IMG/VR virus record: IMGVR_UViG_3300008952_001422
Location: 1-64,000 of that record
DNA: 64,000 bases
Reading direction: 5' to 3' (one strand)
Source: a virus
A program made the position numbers and the translations under genes. A model generated the notes under the pieces. It saw nothing but the letters and a program-made list of their open reading frames with translations, was not told the origin of the DNA and ran no database searches. The stretch's first letter is position 1. Every line of letters starts with the position of its first letter. Shown here one piece after another: positions 9,578 to 19,452 of the stretch.

Positions 9578-9677
9578 TTAATTATTAACAAAGAGGAAAT
9601 ATATGAAAACAATGCTAACACACTTTAATATTGACAATTCTGATAAATATGCTAATACATTGAGAGGAGACACCGAC

Positions 9678-10151
9678 ATGGAAAATGGTAATTTTATGAC
9701 GAGTAAAACTCGTGATAGAATACTCGCCGAAATCCAGACTCTTGAAGATAGTAAACCTGAAATATCAACAAGAATTGGTGATGCAAGATTGCAAGGCGGG
9801 TTAGAAGAAAATGAAGAATTGTTAATGGCATTGGATGATTTGCAACGCATTGACATGGAACTCAGCCGTTATAATGAAATGCTCCAAGATGCTCAAATCA
9901 TACAACCCTTATCCCCAGGCAAAAAGAAGAAAGCCGTAATTGGAACAACAGTAACAATTATGAATATAAAAACAAAAGCCGAATTTACTTACACTATCCT
10001 AGGTGTACACGATTCTGACCCAAATAATGGAATTATTAGTTTCAAATCCCCAATGGGCCAAGAACTTTTATCACGTGAAGTTGGTGATGAAATAGAAGTA
10101 AATGATTCCTACTACGAAATCACTAAAATTGTTGTAAAAAAACTACAATAG
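9678..10151 (+). CDS. greA: GreA/GreB-family transcription factor (variant tip)
   Basis: ARLQGGLEENEE coiled-coil tip, IGTTV, ISFKSPMGQELL; start 9678 chosen from the GAGGAG RBS. Confidence 0.85.
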   Translation: MENGNFMTSKTRDRILAEIQTLEDSKPEISTRIGDARLQGGLEENEELLMALDDLQRIDMELSRYNEMLQDAQIIQPLSPGKKKKAVIGTTVTIMNIKTKAEFTYTILGVHDSDPNNGIISFKSPMGQELLSREVGDEIEVNDSYYEITKIVVKKLQ

Positions 10152-10176
10152 TTGCAAAAATACAACAGTCATAAAC

Positions 10177-10204
10177 TTGACAAAATTATCATTTATGCTA
10201 TAAT
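10177..10204 (+). promoter_or_regulatory. Sigma70-type early promoter
   Basis: TTGACA-N16-TATAAT, TTATGCTATAAT subclass. Confidence 0.8.
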
Positions 10205-10223
10205 GGTTATAGAATTGTTATAA

Positions 10224-10802
10224 ATGAGAGTAATTATGAAAATAGTCTTTTGGACCGTGATGATTATCGCTGGATTAACTGCATATGCAGATAGCCTGGA
10301 CACGACAACATCTGGTGTTGTTGCAACACCAGTAGCAGTATATGTAGAAATTGATGTTGATGAACAACACTGTCTAGCACAGAATATCTATTTTGAAGCA
10401 GGAAATCAAAGCCTCGACGGAATGGCCGCAGTTGCGGATGTCACTCTAAATCGTGTTAAAAGTAGCCGTTATCCAGATACTATTTGTGAAGTTGTAAAGC
10501 AGGGATTGAAACATTCTAATGGTGCAATGAAACGAAACATGTGCCAGTTTAGTTGGTATTGTGATGGTAAAAGTGATTATATTAGTAGAAAGATAGTACT
10601 AACCAAGGAATGGTGGAATTCTTATAAGATAGCAGAAGATATATTACAAGAGTTTTATGGTATGAAAGAGAACAAGTGGATAGGTATTACATCTGAAAGT
10701 ACTCACTACCATGCAAACTATGTTGTGCCAGATTGGATTGATGATGCTGGTATGAGTAGAACAAAGCAAATTGGTAAACACATATTTTATAAGTTTTGGT
10801 AA
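10224..10802 (+). CDS. SleB/Hydrolase_2 cell-wall hydrolase
   Basis: NIYFEA, VTLNRV, CQFSWYCDG, THYHA and IGKHIFY motifs; signal-like N-terminus. Confidence 0.9.
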   Translation: MRVIMKIVFWTVMIIAGLTAYADSLDTTTSGVVATPVAVYVEIDVDEQHCLAQNIYFEAGNQSLDGMAAVADVTLNRVKSSRYPDTICEVVKQGLKHSNGAMKRNMCQFSWYCDGKSDYISRKIVLTKEWWNSYKIAEDILQEFYGMKENKWIGITSESTHYHANYVVPDWIDDAGMSRTKQIGKHIFYKFW

Positions 10803-10803
10803 A

Positions 10804-11334
10804 ATGACAACACATGCAACAATAGATATAGAAACATTAGGAACTAGTCCAGATACAGTAGTATTAACTATTGGCGGAATTAAGTTCGACCCGATGGAAG
10901 ATGATGGTTTGCATAGTCAATTTTATTATAGATTGGATGCTGATGAACAAATAGAAATGGGTCGTACAGTTGATGAAAAGACACTTGAATGGTGGGAAAA
11001 GCAACCTGAAGAAATTAGAAAAGAAGCATTAGAAACCACAGGTAGAGTTTCGACAGAACAATCACTAAAGGCACTAAATAAGTGGCTGGTTGGTGTAGAT
11101 AAAATCTGGTGTCAAGGTCCAGTATTTGATATTGGCATATTACAGAATTTATATAAACAGATAGGACTACATCACAATTGGCCATTTTATATTATTAGAG
11201 ATAGCAGAACATTGTTTAGTTTAATGGATAAAGACCCACGAAAAGAAATCGACTTTGCGGCACACAATGCCTTAGCAGATGCTATTGTGCAAAGTTTATG
11301 TATTCAGAAAGTTTATAAGAAACTTGATATATAA
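10804..11334 (+). CDS. DEDDh 3'-5' exonuclease
   Basis: IDIETL, FDI, RDSRT and HNALADA motifs. Confidence 0.85.
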   Translation: MTTHATIDIETLGTSPDTVVLTIGGIKFDPMEDDGLHSQFYYRLDADEQIEMGRTVDEKTLEWWEKQPEEIRKEALETTGRVSTEQSLKALNKWLVGVDKIWCQGPVFDIGILQNLYKQIGLHHNWPFYIIRDSRTLFSLMDKDPRKEIDFAAHNALADAIVQSLCIQKVYKKLDI

Positions 11335-11356
11335 AATTTATAAAAGGAGTTAAATT

Positions 11357-11566
11357 ATGGCTGACATATATAGTGTAAAAAACGTAAACACAAATAAAAT
11401 TATTGAAACTGGGTTTGACAAGAAAGCAGATGCTAAAGTCAAACGTAATGAACTCTGTAAAGATTCCCATGAGAAATGGAAAAACAAAGTTGAATCGGGC
11501 GAGGATTTGCCAAAGCCATTTCCTTATATTGTTACAAAAGGAACGGAGCATCCAAGGATGAAATAA
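11357..11566 (+). CDS. Hypothetical protein
   Basis: AGGAG RBS, operon order. Confidence 0.65.
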   Translation: MADIYSVKNVNTNKIIETGFDKKADAKVKRNELCKDSHEKWKNKVESGEDLPKPFPYIVTKGTEHPRMK

Positions 11567-11567
11567 T

Positions 11568-12713
11568 ATGAGAATTGAAGACGAGATAAAATTAGATTAC
11601 AACAATGTACTGATTAGACCAAAAAGAAGTACATTAGGTTCACGTAAAGAAGTAGACCTTGAACGTGGCTTTACTTTCCGAAATTATAATGGAGACACAT
11701 TAGACGATTATCGACATTATCGAGGTGTTCCGATTATGGCAAGTAATATGGATGGTGTAGGAACTGTTGAAATGGCAGACACACTTGCACAACAAGGAAT
11801 GTTTACCTGTCTAGTCAAGACATTAGCAGTAAGTGAACTAATCGAATATTTTAATAAAGATGAAATTACATCACCACCTGATGGTGATGTCAGAAAAGAA
11901 CACGTAGCAATGAGTATTGGTATAACTGATACGGATGCGGCAAAGTTTAAAGGAGTATATCATCAAGTAGGTGACAACTTAAAATATGTTTGTATTGATG
12001 TAGCAAATGGATATAGTGAACGATTTAGTAACTTCGTTAGAAAGTTTAGAAAACAATATCCTAATGTAGTAATCATTGCAGGCAATGTAGTCACTGGTGA
12101 AATGACAGAAGAATTAATTCTAAATGGTGCAGATATCATTAAAGTCGGTATTGGACCAGGTAGTGTTTGTACAACACGTATTCAAACTGGTGTTGGTTAT
12201 CCTGAACTAAGTGCAGTTATTGAATGTGCCGATGCGGCTCATGGACTAGGTGGACATATTATTGCTGACGGTGGTTGCACTTGTCCTGGCGATGTGGCTA
12301 AAGCATTTGCTGGCGGAGCCGATTTCGTTATGCTAGGTGGAATGTTAGCAGGACATGACGAAGGTGGTGGAGAAGTGATTACTAAAACATACGAAACGAA
12401 TGAAATGTTAGTTGATAGTAAAGGTTGGAAAGAACCAGTGTATGAACAAAAACAATTTGTAAAATTTTACGGTATGAGTTCAGATGCGGCAAATGTAAAA
12501 CACTTTGGCGGACTTAAAGATTATCGTGCAAGTGAAGGTCGTGAAGTATTAATTCCATATCGTGGTGAAGTATCAAATACAATTCAAGAGATATTGGGTG
12601 GTATTAGAAGTTCCTGCACTTATGCTGGTGCCCAACGACTTAAACATTTAATGAGGTGTGCGACATTCATTCGTTGTTATGATACACACAATAGGGTATA
12701 TGAAAACAATTAA
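11568..12713 (+). CDS. guaC: GMP reductase
   Basis: [37 protein letters not shown] and YRASEG motifs. Confidence 0.95.
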   Translation: MRIEDEIKLDYNNVLIRPKRSTLGSRKEVDLERGFTFRNYNGDTLDDYRHYRGVPIMASNMDGVGTVEMADTLAQQGMFTCLVKTLAVSELIEYFNKDEITSPPDGDVRKEHVAMSIGITDTDAAKFKGVYHQVGDNLKYVCIDVANGYSERFSNFVRKFRKQYPNVVIIAGNVVTGEMTEELILNGADIIKVGIGPGSVCTTRIQTGVGYPELSAVIECADAAHGLGGHIIADGGCTCPGDVAKAFAGGADFVMLGGMLAGHDEGGGEVITKTYETNEMLVDSKGWKEPVYEQKQFVKFYGMSSDAANVKHFGGLKDYRASEGREVLIPYRGEVSNTIQEILGGIRSSCTYAGAQRLKHLMRCATFIRCYDTHNRVYENN

Positions 12714-12957
12714 AAATCTAACTGACCCATCTATTAGTATCATTAACTCCTCGTTCACAAAGGGAGTTGCACTACCATATAGTGTTACAATGATACTTAA
12801 TGATACTGATAATCACAAGGCATTTAGAAAAATGATGAGTGAAAAATTTAATCAAAAAGATATCAGTATTCGTATAAGTAAATATATAAACGATGCATCT
12901 ATTCATTTCAGAAACGAAGATGATGTTGCTGAATTTTTATTAATAGCAGGAGAGTAA
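12700..12957 (+). CDS. Hypothetical protein
   Basis: ORF in operon; ATG at 12700 more likely than GTG at 12658. Confidence 0.55.
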   Translation: MKTIKNLTDPSISIINSSFTKGVALPYSVTMILNDTDNHKAFRKMMSEKFNQKDISIRISKYINDASIHFRNEDDVAEFLLIAGE

Positions 12958-13380
12958 ATGAAGATTGGATTTACAGCCTCTGCATTTGATTTATTACATG
13001 CTGGACATGTATTAATGTTGGAAGAGGCAAAAGCACAGTGTGACCATCTTATTGTTGGATTACAAACAGACCCGTCCCAGGATAGAAAGTCTAAGTCAAA
13101 ACCAGCACAATCTGTTGTAGAACGATATTTACAATTACGTGCATGTAAATTTGTTGACGAGATTATTCCTTATAACAGTGAACAAGATTTAGAAGATTTA
13201 CTAGCAGGAATGCATATTGATGTTCGTATTCTTGGTGTTGAATACAGAGATAAAGGATTTACAGGTAGTGATATTTGTAAGAATAGGGGTATTGAAATAT
13301 ACTTTAATGAAAGAGACCATCGATTCAGTTCATCTGGATTAAGAAAACATATTTTTGATTCCTTCAAAAAGAAAAAATAA
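12958..13380 (+). CDS. Glycerol-3-phosphate cytidylyltransferase-like (TagD family)
   Basis: FDLLHAGH motif; RDHRFSSSGLR. Confidence 0.85.
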   Translation: MKIGFTASAFDLLHAGHVLMLEEAKAQCDHLIVGLQTDPSQDRKSKSKPAQSVVERYLQLRACKFVDEIIPYNSEQDLEDLLAGMHIDVRILGVEYRDKGFTGSDICKNRGIEIYFNERDHRFSSSGLRKHIFDSFKKKK

Positions 13381-13413
13381 TACACAGATAGTAATAAATA
13401 AGAGGGAAGTCTA

Positions 13414-13442
13414 TTGACTTCCTTTAGTTTTTATGGTACAAT
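13414..13442 (+). promoter_or_regulatory. Sigma70-type promoter
   Basis: TTGACT-N17-TACAAT with TG extension. Confidence 0.7.
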
Positions 13443-13448
13443 GAAAAT

Positions 13449-14192
13449 ATGAATAAAGTAAAAGTAACAGACGTAACACACTACACCGACCGGCTATTTA
13501 AATTCAGAACAACAAGACCCAAGACCTTTAGATTTAGAGCAGGTGAATTTGTTTTGATTGGATTAGACCATTGGTCAGAAAAACTACAAAGAAATAAGCC
13601 AATAATGAGAGCATATAGTATGAGTAGTGGACCATATGATGATGAATTAGAATTCTATAGTATCAAAGTACCCGACGGACCATTAACAAGCAAACTACAA
13701 CACATTAAGATTGGTGATGAATTAATTCTTGGTCCAAAGTCAACAGGCACATTAGTAACGAGTAGTATAACACTTGGTGGTAATTTGTGGCTTATGGGAA
13801 CAGGAACAGGCATTGCTCCGTTTATGAGTTTACTTCGTGACCCAGAGATATATGAGCAATTTGATAACATTTATCTTACTTGGACAACAAGAACACATGA
13901 AGAACAGAATGCTTATGCACCTATACTTGAAACCGGTGTACACGAATGTACATACATTCCAACATTTACACAAGATGAACCATTAGATTCTGAATACAAA
14001 GGAAGAATAACAAATTTAATCAAAGACGGCACTCTCTTTAGTGAAGCAACACCAGAAAATGACAAGGTTATGTTATGTGGTAGCATGGAATTCAATCTAG
14101 AGATGAAAGAGTATCTTGAAGAACGTGGGTGGGAAGAAGGTAGTAAACAATCGATTGGTACTTTTGTTTTAGAAAAGGCGTTTGTCAGGTAA
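13449..14192 (+). CDS. fpr: Ferredoxin/flavodoxin-NADP+ reductase
   Basis: RAYS, GPLTSKL, GTGIAPF, LCGS and EKAFV motifs. Confidence 0.93.
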   Translation: MNKVKVTDVTHYTDRLFKFRTTRPKTFRFRAGEFVLIGLDHWSEKLQRNKPIMRAYSMSSGPYDDELEFYSIKVPDGPLTSKLQHIKIGDELILGPKSTGTLVTSSITLGGNLWLMGTGTGIAPFMSLLRDPEIYEQFDNIYLTWTTRTHEEQNAYAPILETGVHECTYIPTFTQDEPLDSEYKGRITNLIKDGTLFSEATPENDKVMLCGSMEFNLEMKEYLEERGWEEGSKQSIGTFVLEKAFVR

Positions 14193-14265
14193 AAAATCTA
14201 TTTTATGATAAATATCTTTTATATAAAAACACATCACATTCTACTAACTCACTAGGGAGAGGCCA

Positions 14266-14508
14266 ATGAAAGCAAAATTATACACCAAAGACAACTGCAC
14301 ATTCTGTGTACAAGCAAAAACATTAATGAACATCCGAGGTATTGAATTCGAAGAACGTAACATGCAAACTCATCCTGAAATTCGTACAGAACTTATGCAA
14401 GAGTGTGAGAAGATGGGTGTAGTTCCTAGAACTGTTCCACAGATTTGGATTGATGATGCTTATATTGGTGGCTTTCAGGAGTTGAAGAACAAATTAGATG
14501 CCATCTAA
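14266..14508 (+). CDS. Glutaredoxin
   Basis: CTFC, TVPQI and IGGF motifs. Confidence 0.9.
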   Translation: MKAKLYTKDNCTFCVQAKTLMNIRGIEFEERNMQTHPEIRTELMQECEKMGVVPRTVPQIWIDDAYIGGFQELKNKLDAI

Positions 14509-14542
14509 GAGGTATACGTTTCTATTTGTCTAATACGAACAA

Positions 14543-15211
14543 ATGGCTAACAAAATATTACAAATTATAAAAGTTGACGCCTCATTAGTGGATGAAATCA
14601 AACCATCATTTAATGATTTGCCAGAAACAGACCATGTGGATGGGAATTATAGACTTAGAAAATACTTAAAAGTTAAAATGAAAAAAGACCATCCATCTTC
14701 TGAAACTTGGCCGTTGAATAATTATATAATTGAACCCCTAGACAATACTACTTTTACGCAAAGTAAAAAGTATAATACACATCAAGGCGGAATAGTTCGT
14801 AAATTTGAACCTGTTGATACTAAAGTTATTGAGTCCAATGCAATGTATGAATTGCTACGTGCCTTTTATGATGCCTGTGAATTAGATAATGATGTCGTAG
14901 TAGACATTCATCAAATGAGAGTTTTATGTCAAGGCGGAGCAACTCAAATGTCTCCAGAGGGATGGCATCAAGATGGTTTTAATTGTGTCACAATTATAGG
15001 AATTGACCGTTGTAATATTATAGGTGGTGAATTAATGACATCTGATAGTAAAACAAATCCGCCATTTATGACTGCACCGTTAGATTCTGGCACAATGTTA
15101 ATTATTGATGATGACTATTTGTGGCATAATGCTAGGTCAATTCAACCCTTGGATGATACCAAACCTGCATATTTTGATTCATTAATTTTTCTAGCAAAGA
15201 AAACAGTATAA
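14543..15211 (+). CDS. 2OG-Fe(II) dioxygenase (BsmA-like)
   Basis: HQMRV, SPEGWHQDG and distal WH. Confidence 0.8.
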   Translation: MANKILQIIKVDASLVDEIKPSFNDLPETDHVDGNYRLRKYLKVKMKKDHPSSETWPLNNYIIEPLDNTTFTQSKKYNTHQGGIVRKFEPVDTKVIESNAMYELLRAFYDACELDNDVVVDIHQMRVLCQGGATQMSPEGWHQDGFNCVTIIGIDRCNIIGGELMTSDSKTNPPFMTAPLDSGTMLIIDDDYLWHNARSIQPLDDTKPAYFDSLIFLAKKTV

Positions 15212-15256
15212 AGACGTTACTCCCAGATAAATACTATTGATAGAAAGGAGTAACTT

Positions 15257-15673
15257 ATGGAACAATTAGGTTTAGACGTAACAGATTTATTAATGCCGTG
15301 GATTAGTGTACTAGTCTCACTTCTTGTTGCTATCTGGATGAAAGACTATGCGACAAGTCTAGCAAAAGGTCTTAAATTTAAGATGAATCCAGCATTCAAC
15401 GAGGGCGATGAAGTATTACTTGATGGCGAACTTGCGATGATTGTTAAAATTGGTTCAAGAGAAACAGTATTTGGCGTATATTCTGACAGAGGATATACTT
15501 GGAGATACGTTCCTAATGAAAGAATTCCTTATCTAAAACTTGAAAAAGTTATCAAAAAAGATTTACACATAGATACCGAACAAGAAAAAGCAGAGAAACT
15601 TAAATCTGTAGTAGACAAACTGCAGGATGCCCAGATAAGTAAGAATAAAGACGCAATAGATAAACTCAAGTGA
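15257..15673 (+). CDS. MscS-like small membrane protein
   Basis: TM helix followed by FNEGDEV...VPNE. Confidence 0.6.
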   Translation: MEQLGLDVTDLLMPWISVLVSLLVAIWMKDYATSLAKGLKFKMNPAFNEGDEVLLDGELAMIVKIGSRETVFGVYSDRGYTWRYVPNERIPYLKLEKVIKKDLHIDTEQEKAEKLKSVVDKLQDAQISKNKDAIDKLK

Positions 15674-15811
15674 GATACAGAGGAAAAATAGACCTCTTCA
15701 AGGCATTGCTTATTCTAAGTCCTATATGGATATGGGTTCTAGTTGAAATCTTCATAATTTCTTAAAAATACTTACATTCTGAATATAATTTCCTTCTCCT
15801 GGAGAGATAAT

Positions 15812-16267
15812 ATGAATAATATTAAGGTAGTTGGTGGTACAATAAGTCAGCAAGAAAAAGCACAGTCTGTGGTGAAATACTGCATTAACAAATTAATGCC
15901 TAAGATGGAAACCTTAACAATAGAAGTTACACTTAAAAAATTAAAAGATGATGCAGATGGTTATTGTTTGCGTGTAACTCCTAGAGACTTTAAAATAGAA
16001 ATTAATTATACACAAGGTTTACGTAGAATGCTTGAAACCGTTGCACACGAAATGGTTCACGTAAAACAATATGCTCGTAACGAAACAAACGACTGGGCAT
16101 ATTATAATGGTAAAGAATTCTATAAGTGGAAAGACAAATATGTATCTGAGAATACTGACTATTGGGATTTACCTTGGGAAATTGAAGCAAATGGGATGGA
16201 AGTAGGATTGTTCGTACGTTGGGCAAAAGAGCGTGGTTTTGATAAACAAGCCTGGACACAAGTTTAA
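15812..16267 (+). CDS. HExxH metallopeptidase-like phage protein
   Basis: AHEMVHVKQ...PWEIEA. Confidence 0.8.
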   Translation: MNNIKVVGGTISQQEKAQSVVKYCINKLMPKMETLTIEVTLKKLKDDADGYCLRVTPRDFKIEINYTQGLRRMLETVAHEMVHVKQYARNETNDWAYYNGKEFYKWKDKYVSENTDYWDLPWEIEANGMEVGLFVRWAKERGFDKQAWTQV

Positions 16268-16292
16268 TTCTTTAAAAAATCGACTTTTTCAC

Positions 16293-16321
16293 TTGACTTT
16301 TCACTCGTTTTTTGTTATCAT
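16293..16321 (+). promoter_or_regulatory. Sigma70-type promoter
   Basis: TTGACT-N17-TATCAT. Confidence 0.65.
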
Positions 16322-16332
16322 TAGTAATACTG

Positions 16333-16515
16333 ATGAAAGAAGTAACAATAAAATTAAAAGTAGGTGATGAAATACTTGTTGGTCGCTTTAGGAATGTCAA
16401 TGCTAAGATAAAAGACATCTCTATTGATGATAATGGGCAACCCGTAATTCACACATCAAAAGGCAAAAAGAACGCATTAGGTTTTAGAGTTTCTAAAGGA
16501 GTAAAGACTAAATGA
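16333..16515 (+). CDS. Small hypothetical protein
   Basis: ATG downstream of promoter; ATGA overlap with clamp loader. Confidence 0.6.
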   Translation: MKEVTIKLKVGDEILVGRFRNVNAKIKDISIDDNGQPVIHTSKGKKNALGFRVSKGVKTK

Positions 16516-17438
16516 GAGAACTTTGGGTAGAGAAGTATCGACCAACAAATTTAAAAGATTACGTATTCCGTGATGACAAACAAAGAAATCAAGTATCAAA
16601 CTGGATAAAGAGTGGAGCAATTCCGCATTTGTTATTCAGTGGTGGTGCAGGAACAGGTAAAACAACATTAGCAAAAGTTCTATTGAACGAACTAGGAGTC
16701 GATGGTGGCGATATAATGCTTATCAATGCATCAAACGAAAACAATGTTGATACAATGAGAACAAAGATTAATGGATTTGCAAGTAGTTTTCCATTCTCTG
16801 GTGATTTCAAATATGTCTTACTTGACGAAGCAGATTATCTATCACAAAACGCACAAGCAATATTGCGTAATATGATGGAGACATTTGCAAACACTTGTCG
16901 TTTTATATTGACTTGTAATTATCCAAACAAAGTTATTCCAGCGATTCATTCTCGTTGTCAAGGTTATCACATTGAGAAACTAGACCAAACTGAATTTACA
17001 GTTCGAGTTGCAACGATTCTTTTAGCGGAAGAAACGAAGTTTGTTCCAGAAGATTTAGATATCTATGTCAAATCAACTTATCCAGATTTACGTAAATGTA
17101 TTAACATGATTCAACAAAACGTAGTTGATGGCGGACTACAAGAACCTGGTATGGGCGAAAGTGGTGAGAGTGATTGGATATTAGAATATGTTGCGTTGTT
17201 TCAATTAGGCAAAATAGCAGAAGCAAGAAAACTAATTGTTACCAAAGCAAGAGCAGAAGAATACGAAGGTGTATTTCGTAAACTATATGAAAACCTTGAT
17301 TGGTTTGGAGATGATGATATTACTAAAGGAAAGGCACTTTTATGTATAAGGGATGGACTAGTTAATCATGGTGTTGTGGTAGACCCAGAGATTAATCTAA
17401 GTGCAACGTTATTAGAATTACAATATATTAAACAGTAG
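16512..17438 (+). CDS. Sliding-clamp loader AAA+ subunit (T4 gp44/RFC-like)
   Basis: WVEKYRP, GAGTGKTT, LDEAD and SRC motifs. Confidence 0.93.
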   Translation: MRELWVEKYRPTNLKDYVFRDDKQRNQVSNWIKSGAIPHLLFSGGAGTGKTTLAKVLLNELGVDGGDIMLINASNENNVDTMRTKINGFASSFPFSGDFKYVLLDEADYLSQNAQAILRNMMETFANTCRFILTCNYPNKVIPAIHSRCQGYHIEKLDQTEFTVRVATILLAEETKFVPEDLDIYVKSTYPDLRKCINMIQQNVVDGGLQEPGMGESGESDWILEYVALFQLGKIAEARKLIVTKARAEEYEGVFRKLYENLDWFGDDDITKGKALLCIRDGLVNHGVVVDPEINLSATLLELQYIKQ

Positions 17439-17592
17439 TCGGCGGAGAAAGGATGAGATGTGTTAAGAATTTTAGTTTTAGCAGGTATGTTTCTGTCGAT
17501 ATACTGGCTTTTGAGTACTATGGGTACTTGGAGCGGATTATAGCATAGATAAATACAAGAAATAACTTATTATACTATAAGAATAGAGTAAA

Positions 17593-17928
17593 ATGTCAAA
17601 CAAGAAAGCATATTTAGTTTTAGCACATACATTTGCTCCTGCGCCTGGCGCCGACACTTCTATGAAGAATTTTGGTGACGAAGGACAATGGCAGATGCAT
17701 GAGTCTGTATATTTTGTTACTAGAATTAGAAAAGGTTGGTGGCAAACTGCAACAACTATTGTAAACCTTACTGATAGTAAAGTAGTAAAAAACAAAGCAG
17801 AGACCACTGATTATAAACAAATTGTTCAACACGTTATGATTAAATATCCAGCACAATATAACCAATTTATTAAAGAGTGTAAAGCAGAAGGATTAATAGA
17901 TAAAGGCAATGATACACCAGATAAATGA
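17593..17928 (+). CDS. Hypothetical protein
   Basis: ORF after GATAAATA at 17548. Confidence 0.7.
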   Translation: MSNKKAYLVLAHTFAPAPGADTSMKNFGDEGQWQMHESVYFVTRIRKGWWQTATTIVNLTDSKVVKNKAETTDYKQIVQHVMIKYPAQYNQFIKECKAEGLIDKGNDTPDK

Positions 17929-18365
17929 GTAAATTAGCAAGAAACTCAGCAAATAAAAAACACAATGTGCCAGATTTTAAAGTATTGGGCGTTGTCAAAT
18001 CAGAAATCTCAGATAAAATCAACGATTTAGTTATTGAGAAGAAAGCAAACGAGGTTATTAATATTATAGACTATATTAATTCGTTCGTTAAAGCAAAAAT
18101 AACTAACGTAAGTGTTGATACTTGGGACGAAGCATTTGAAACAGACTGGAAAAGAAGTAACGATTACTCTACTCCTACCTGTGCTATATTTTTAGTAACA
18201 AAAGGTTCAGCATCAGTTCATGTCGATAAAGACCAGTACGAAATGACAACAGGAAAACTTTATTCTGTGAATGAATGGTGTACTCATAAACTAGTAAACA
18301 AATCTTCTGCTCCATTAACTATGTTATTAGCACAGTTCAAATGGGATAAAGAGGTACACGAATAA
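17925..18365 (+). CDS. Cupin/double-stranded beta-helix protein
   Basis: GKLYSVN...HKLVN pattern. Confidence 0.5.
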   Translation: MSKLARNSANKKHNVPDFKVLGVVKSEISDKINDLVIEKKANEVINIIDYINSFVKAKITNVSVDTWDEAFETDWKRSNDYSTPTCAIFLVTKGSASVHVDKDQYEMTTGKLYSVNEWCTHKLVNKSSAPLTMLLAQFKWDKEVHE

Positions 18366-18673
18366 TGGATTTACACGGATTAGACTTAGACACTGCATGG
18401 CAAGAATATAGAAGAGCCACAAGTGAATGCTATCAAAAGAAGATAAAGAATTTAAAAGTAATCACAGGTCAAGGCGAGATGGCAAAAGAATTCCTAGGTT
18501 GGGTACACGCAGACCCATATGCAATATCGGCTAGAAATCCAGAAAACAATAAAGGTTCTTGGACCGTAACAATCAAAAAACATAAGACAGAAAACAAACC
18601 AAAGAAATCAGCAAAACCAGATAAACTTGATTTAGAAATACTCTATACTAAATTTAAGAAAATAGGAGAATAA
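18365..18673 (+). CDS. Stand-alone Smr-domain protein
   Basis: MDLHG, VITGQG and NKGS motifs. Confidence 0.75.
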   Translation: MDLHGLDLDTAWQEYRRATSECYQKKIKNLKVITGQGEMAKEFLGWVHADPYAISARNPENNKGSWTVTIKKHKTENKPKKSAKPDKLDLEILYTKFKKIGE

Positions 18674-19410
18674 TCATTCTCACTTCAGAAAAAATCGAAA
18701 AAATCTCTAATTGGATTAGTGAATATTTAAAAAACAGTAATCGAAAATCATTAATCATTGGAGTATCTGGCGGCATCGATTCCGCAGTCACAAGTACATT
18801 ATGTGCTATGACTGGTGCTCCTACAATCGTTGTCAGTATGCCTATTCGACAACATCACATTCAACATAACTTAAGTCTAACTCACTGCTGGTTTCTCAAA
18901 GGCAGACATCCTAACGTAACTCATATCAATAAAGACCTCACTAGTGTTTTTGAAGAATTTGAAAGTACATTCGAAGACGAGAAAGACGACCTTGCATTCG
19001 CAAATACTCGTGCTAGATTGCGAATGACTGCACTATATCAAATTGCACAATTCAATAAAGGACTAGTTGTAGGAACTGGCAACAAAGTAGAAGACTTTGG
19101 TGTTGGATTCTTTACAAAATATGGTGATGGTGGAGTTGATATTTCACCTCTTGCTGATTGTATGAAGTCCGAAGTATGGGATATAGGTCGTAAACTAGAG
19201 ATAAATCAAGCAATTATAGACGCAGAGCCAACAGATGGATTATGGGACGATGCTCGTGTTGATGCAGAACAATTGGGTATGACTTATGCAGAATTAGAAG
19301 ATGCAATGCTCGGTAAAGGTTCTAAACGACTTATTGATAGATTTATGACACTCAAGTATCTAAACAGTCATAAAATGATACCAATTCCTGTCTGTTATTT
19401 GAAAGACTAA
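18673..19410 (+). CDS. nadE: NH3-dependent NAD+ synthetase (non-ATG start, ATC 18673 or ATT 18676)
   Basis: In-frame GVSGGIDS lies upstream of the ATG at 18808; N.RARLRM, GFFTKYGDG and PTDGLW motifs. Confidence 0.9.
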   Translation: MILTSEKIEKISNWISEYLKNSNRKSLIIGVSGGIDSAVTSTLCAMTGAPTIVVSMPIRQHHIQHNLSLTHCWFLKGRHPNVTHINKDLTSVFEEFESTFEDEKDDLAFANTRARLRMTALYQIAQFNKGLVVGTGNKVEDFGVGFFTKYGDGGVDISPLADCMKSEVWDIGRKLEINQAIIDAEPTDGLWDDARVDAEQLGMTYAELEDAMLGKGSKRLIDRFMTLKYLNSHKMIPIPVCYLKD

Positions 19411-19414
19411 ACAC

Positions 19415-19443
19415 TTGACTTTGGCGTTACTTTATGTTATCAT
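19415..19443 (+). promoter_or_regulatory. Sigma70-type promoter
   Basis: TTGACT-N17-TATCAT with TG extension. Confidence 0.7.
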
Positions 19444-19452
19444 TATCTAAAT

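Noticed and set aside
9603-9677. N-terminal extensions in the ORF track for greA (also groES 30669, acpP 47355, 5795, 10771, 62688)
   Set aside because: Downstream ATGs fit RBS or promoter positions and family lengths better
18808-19410. ORF-track start for nadE, or calling it a pseudogene
   Set aside because: The essential N-terminal motif is in frame upstream without stops, and an SD is present
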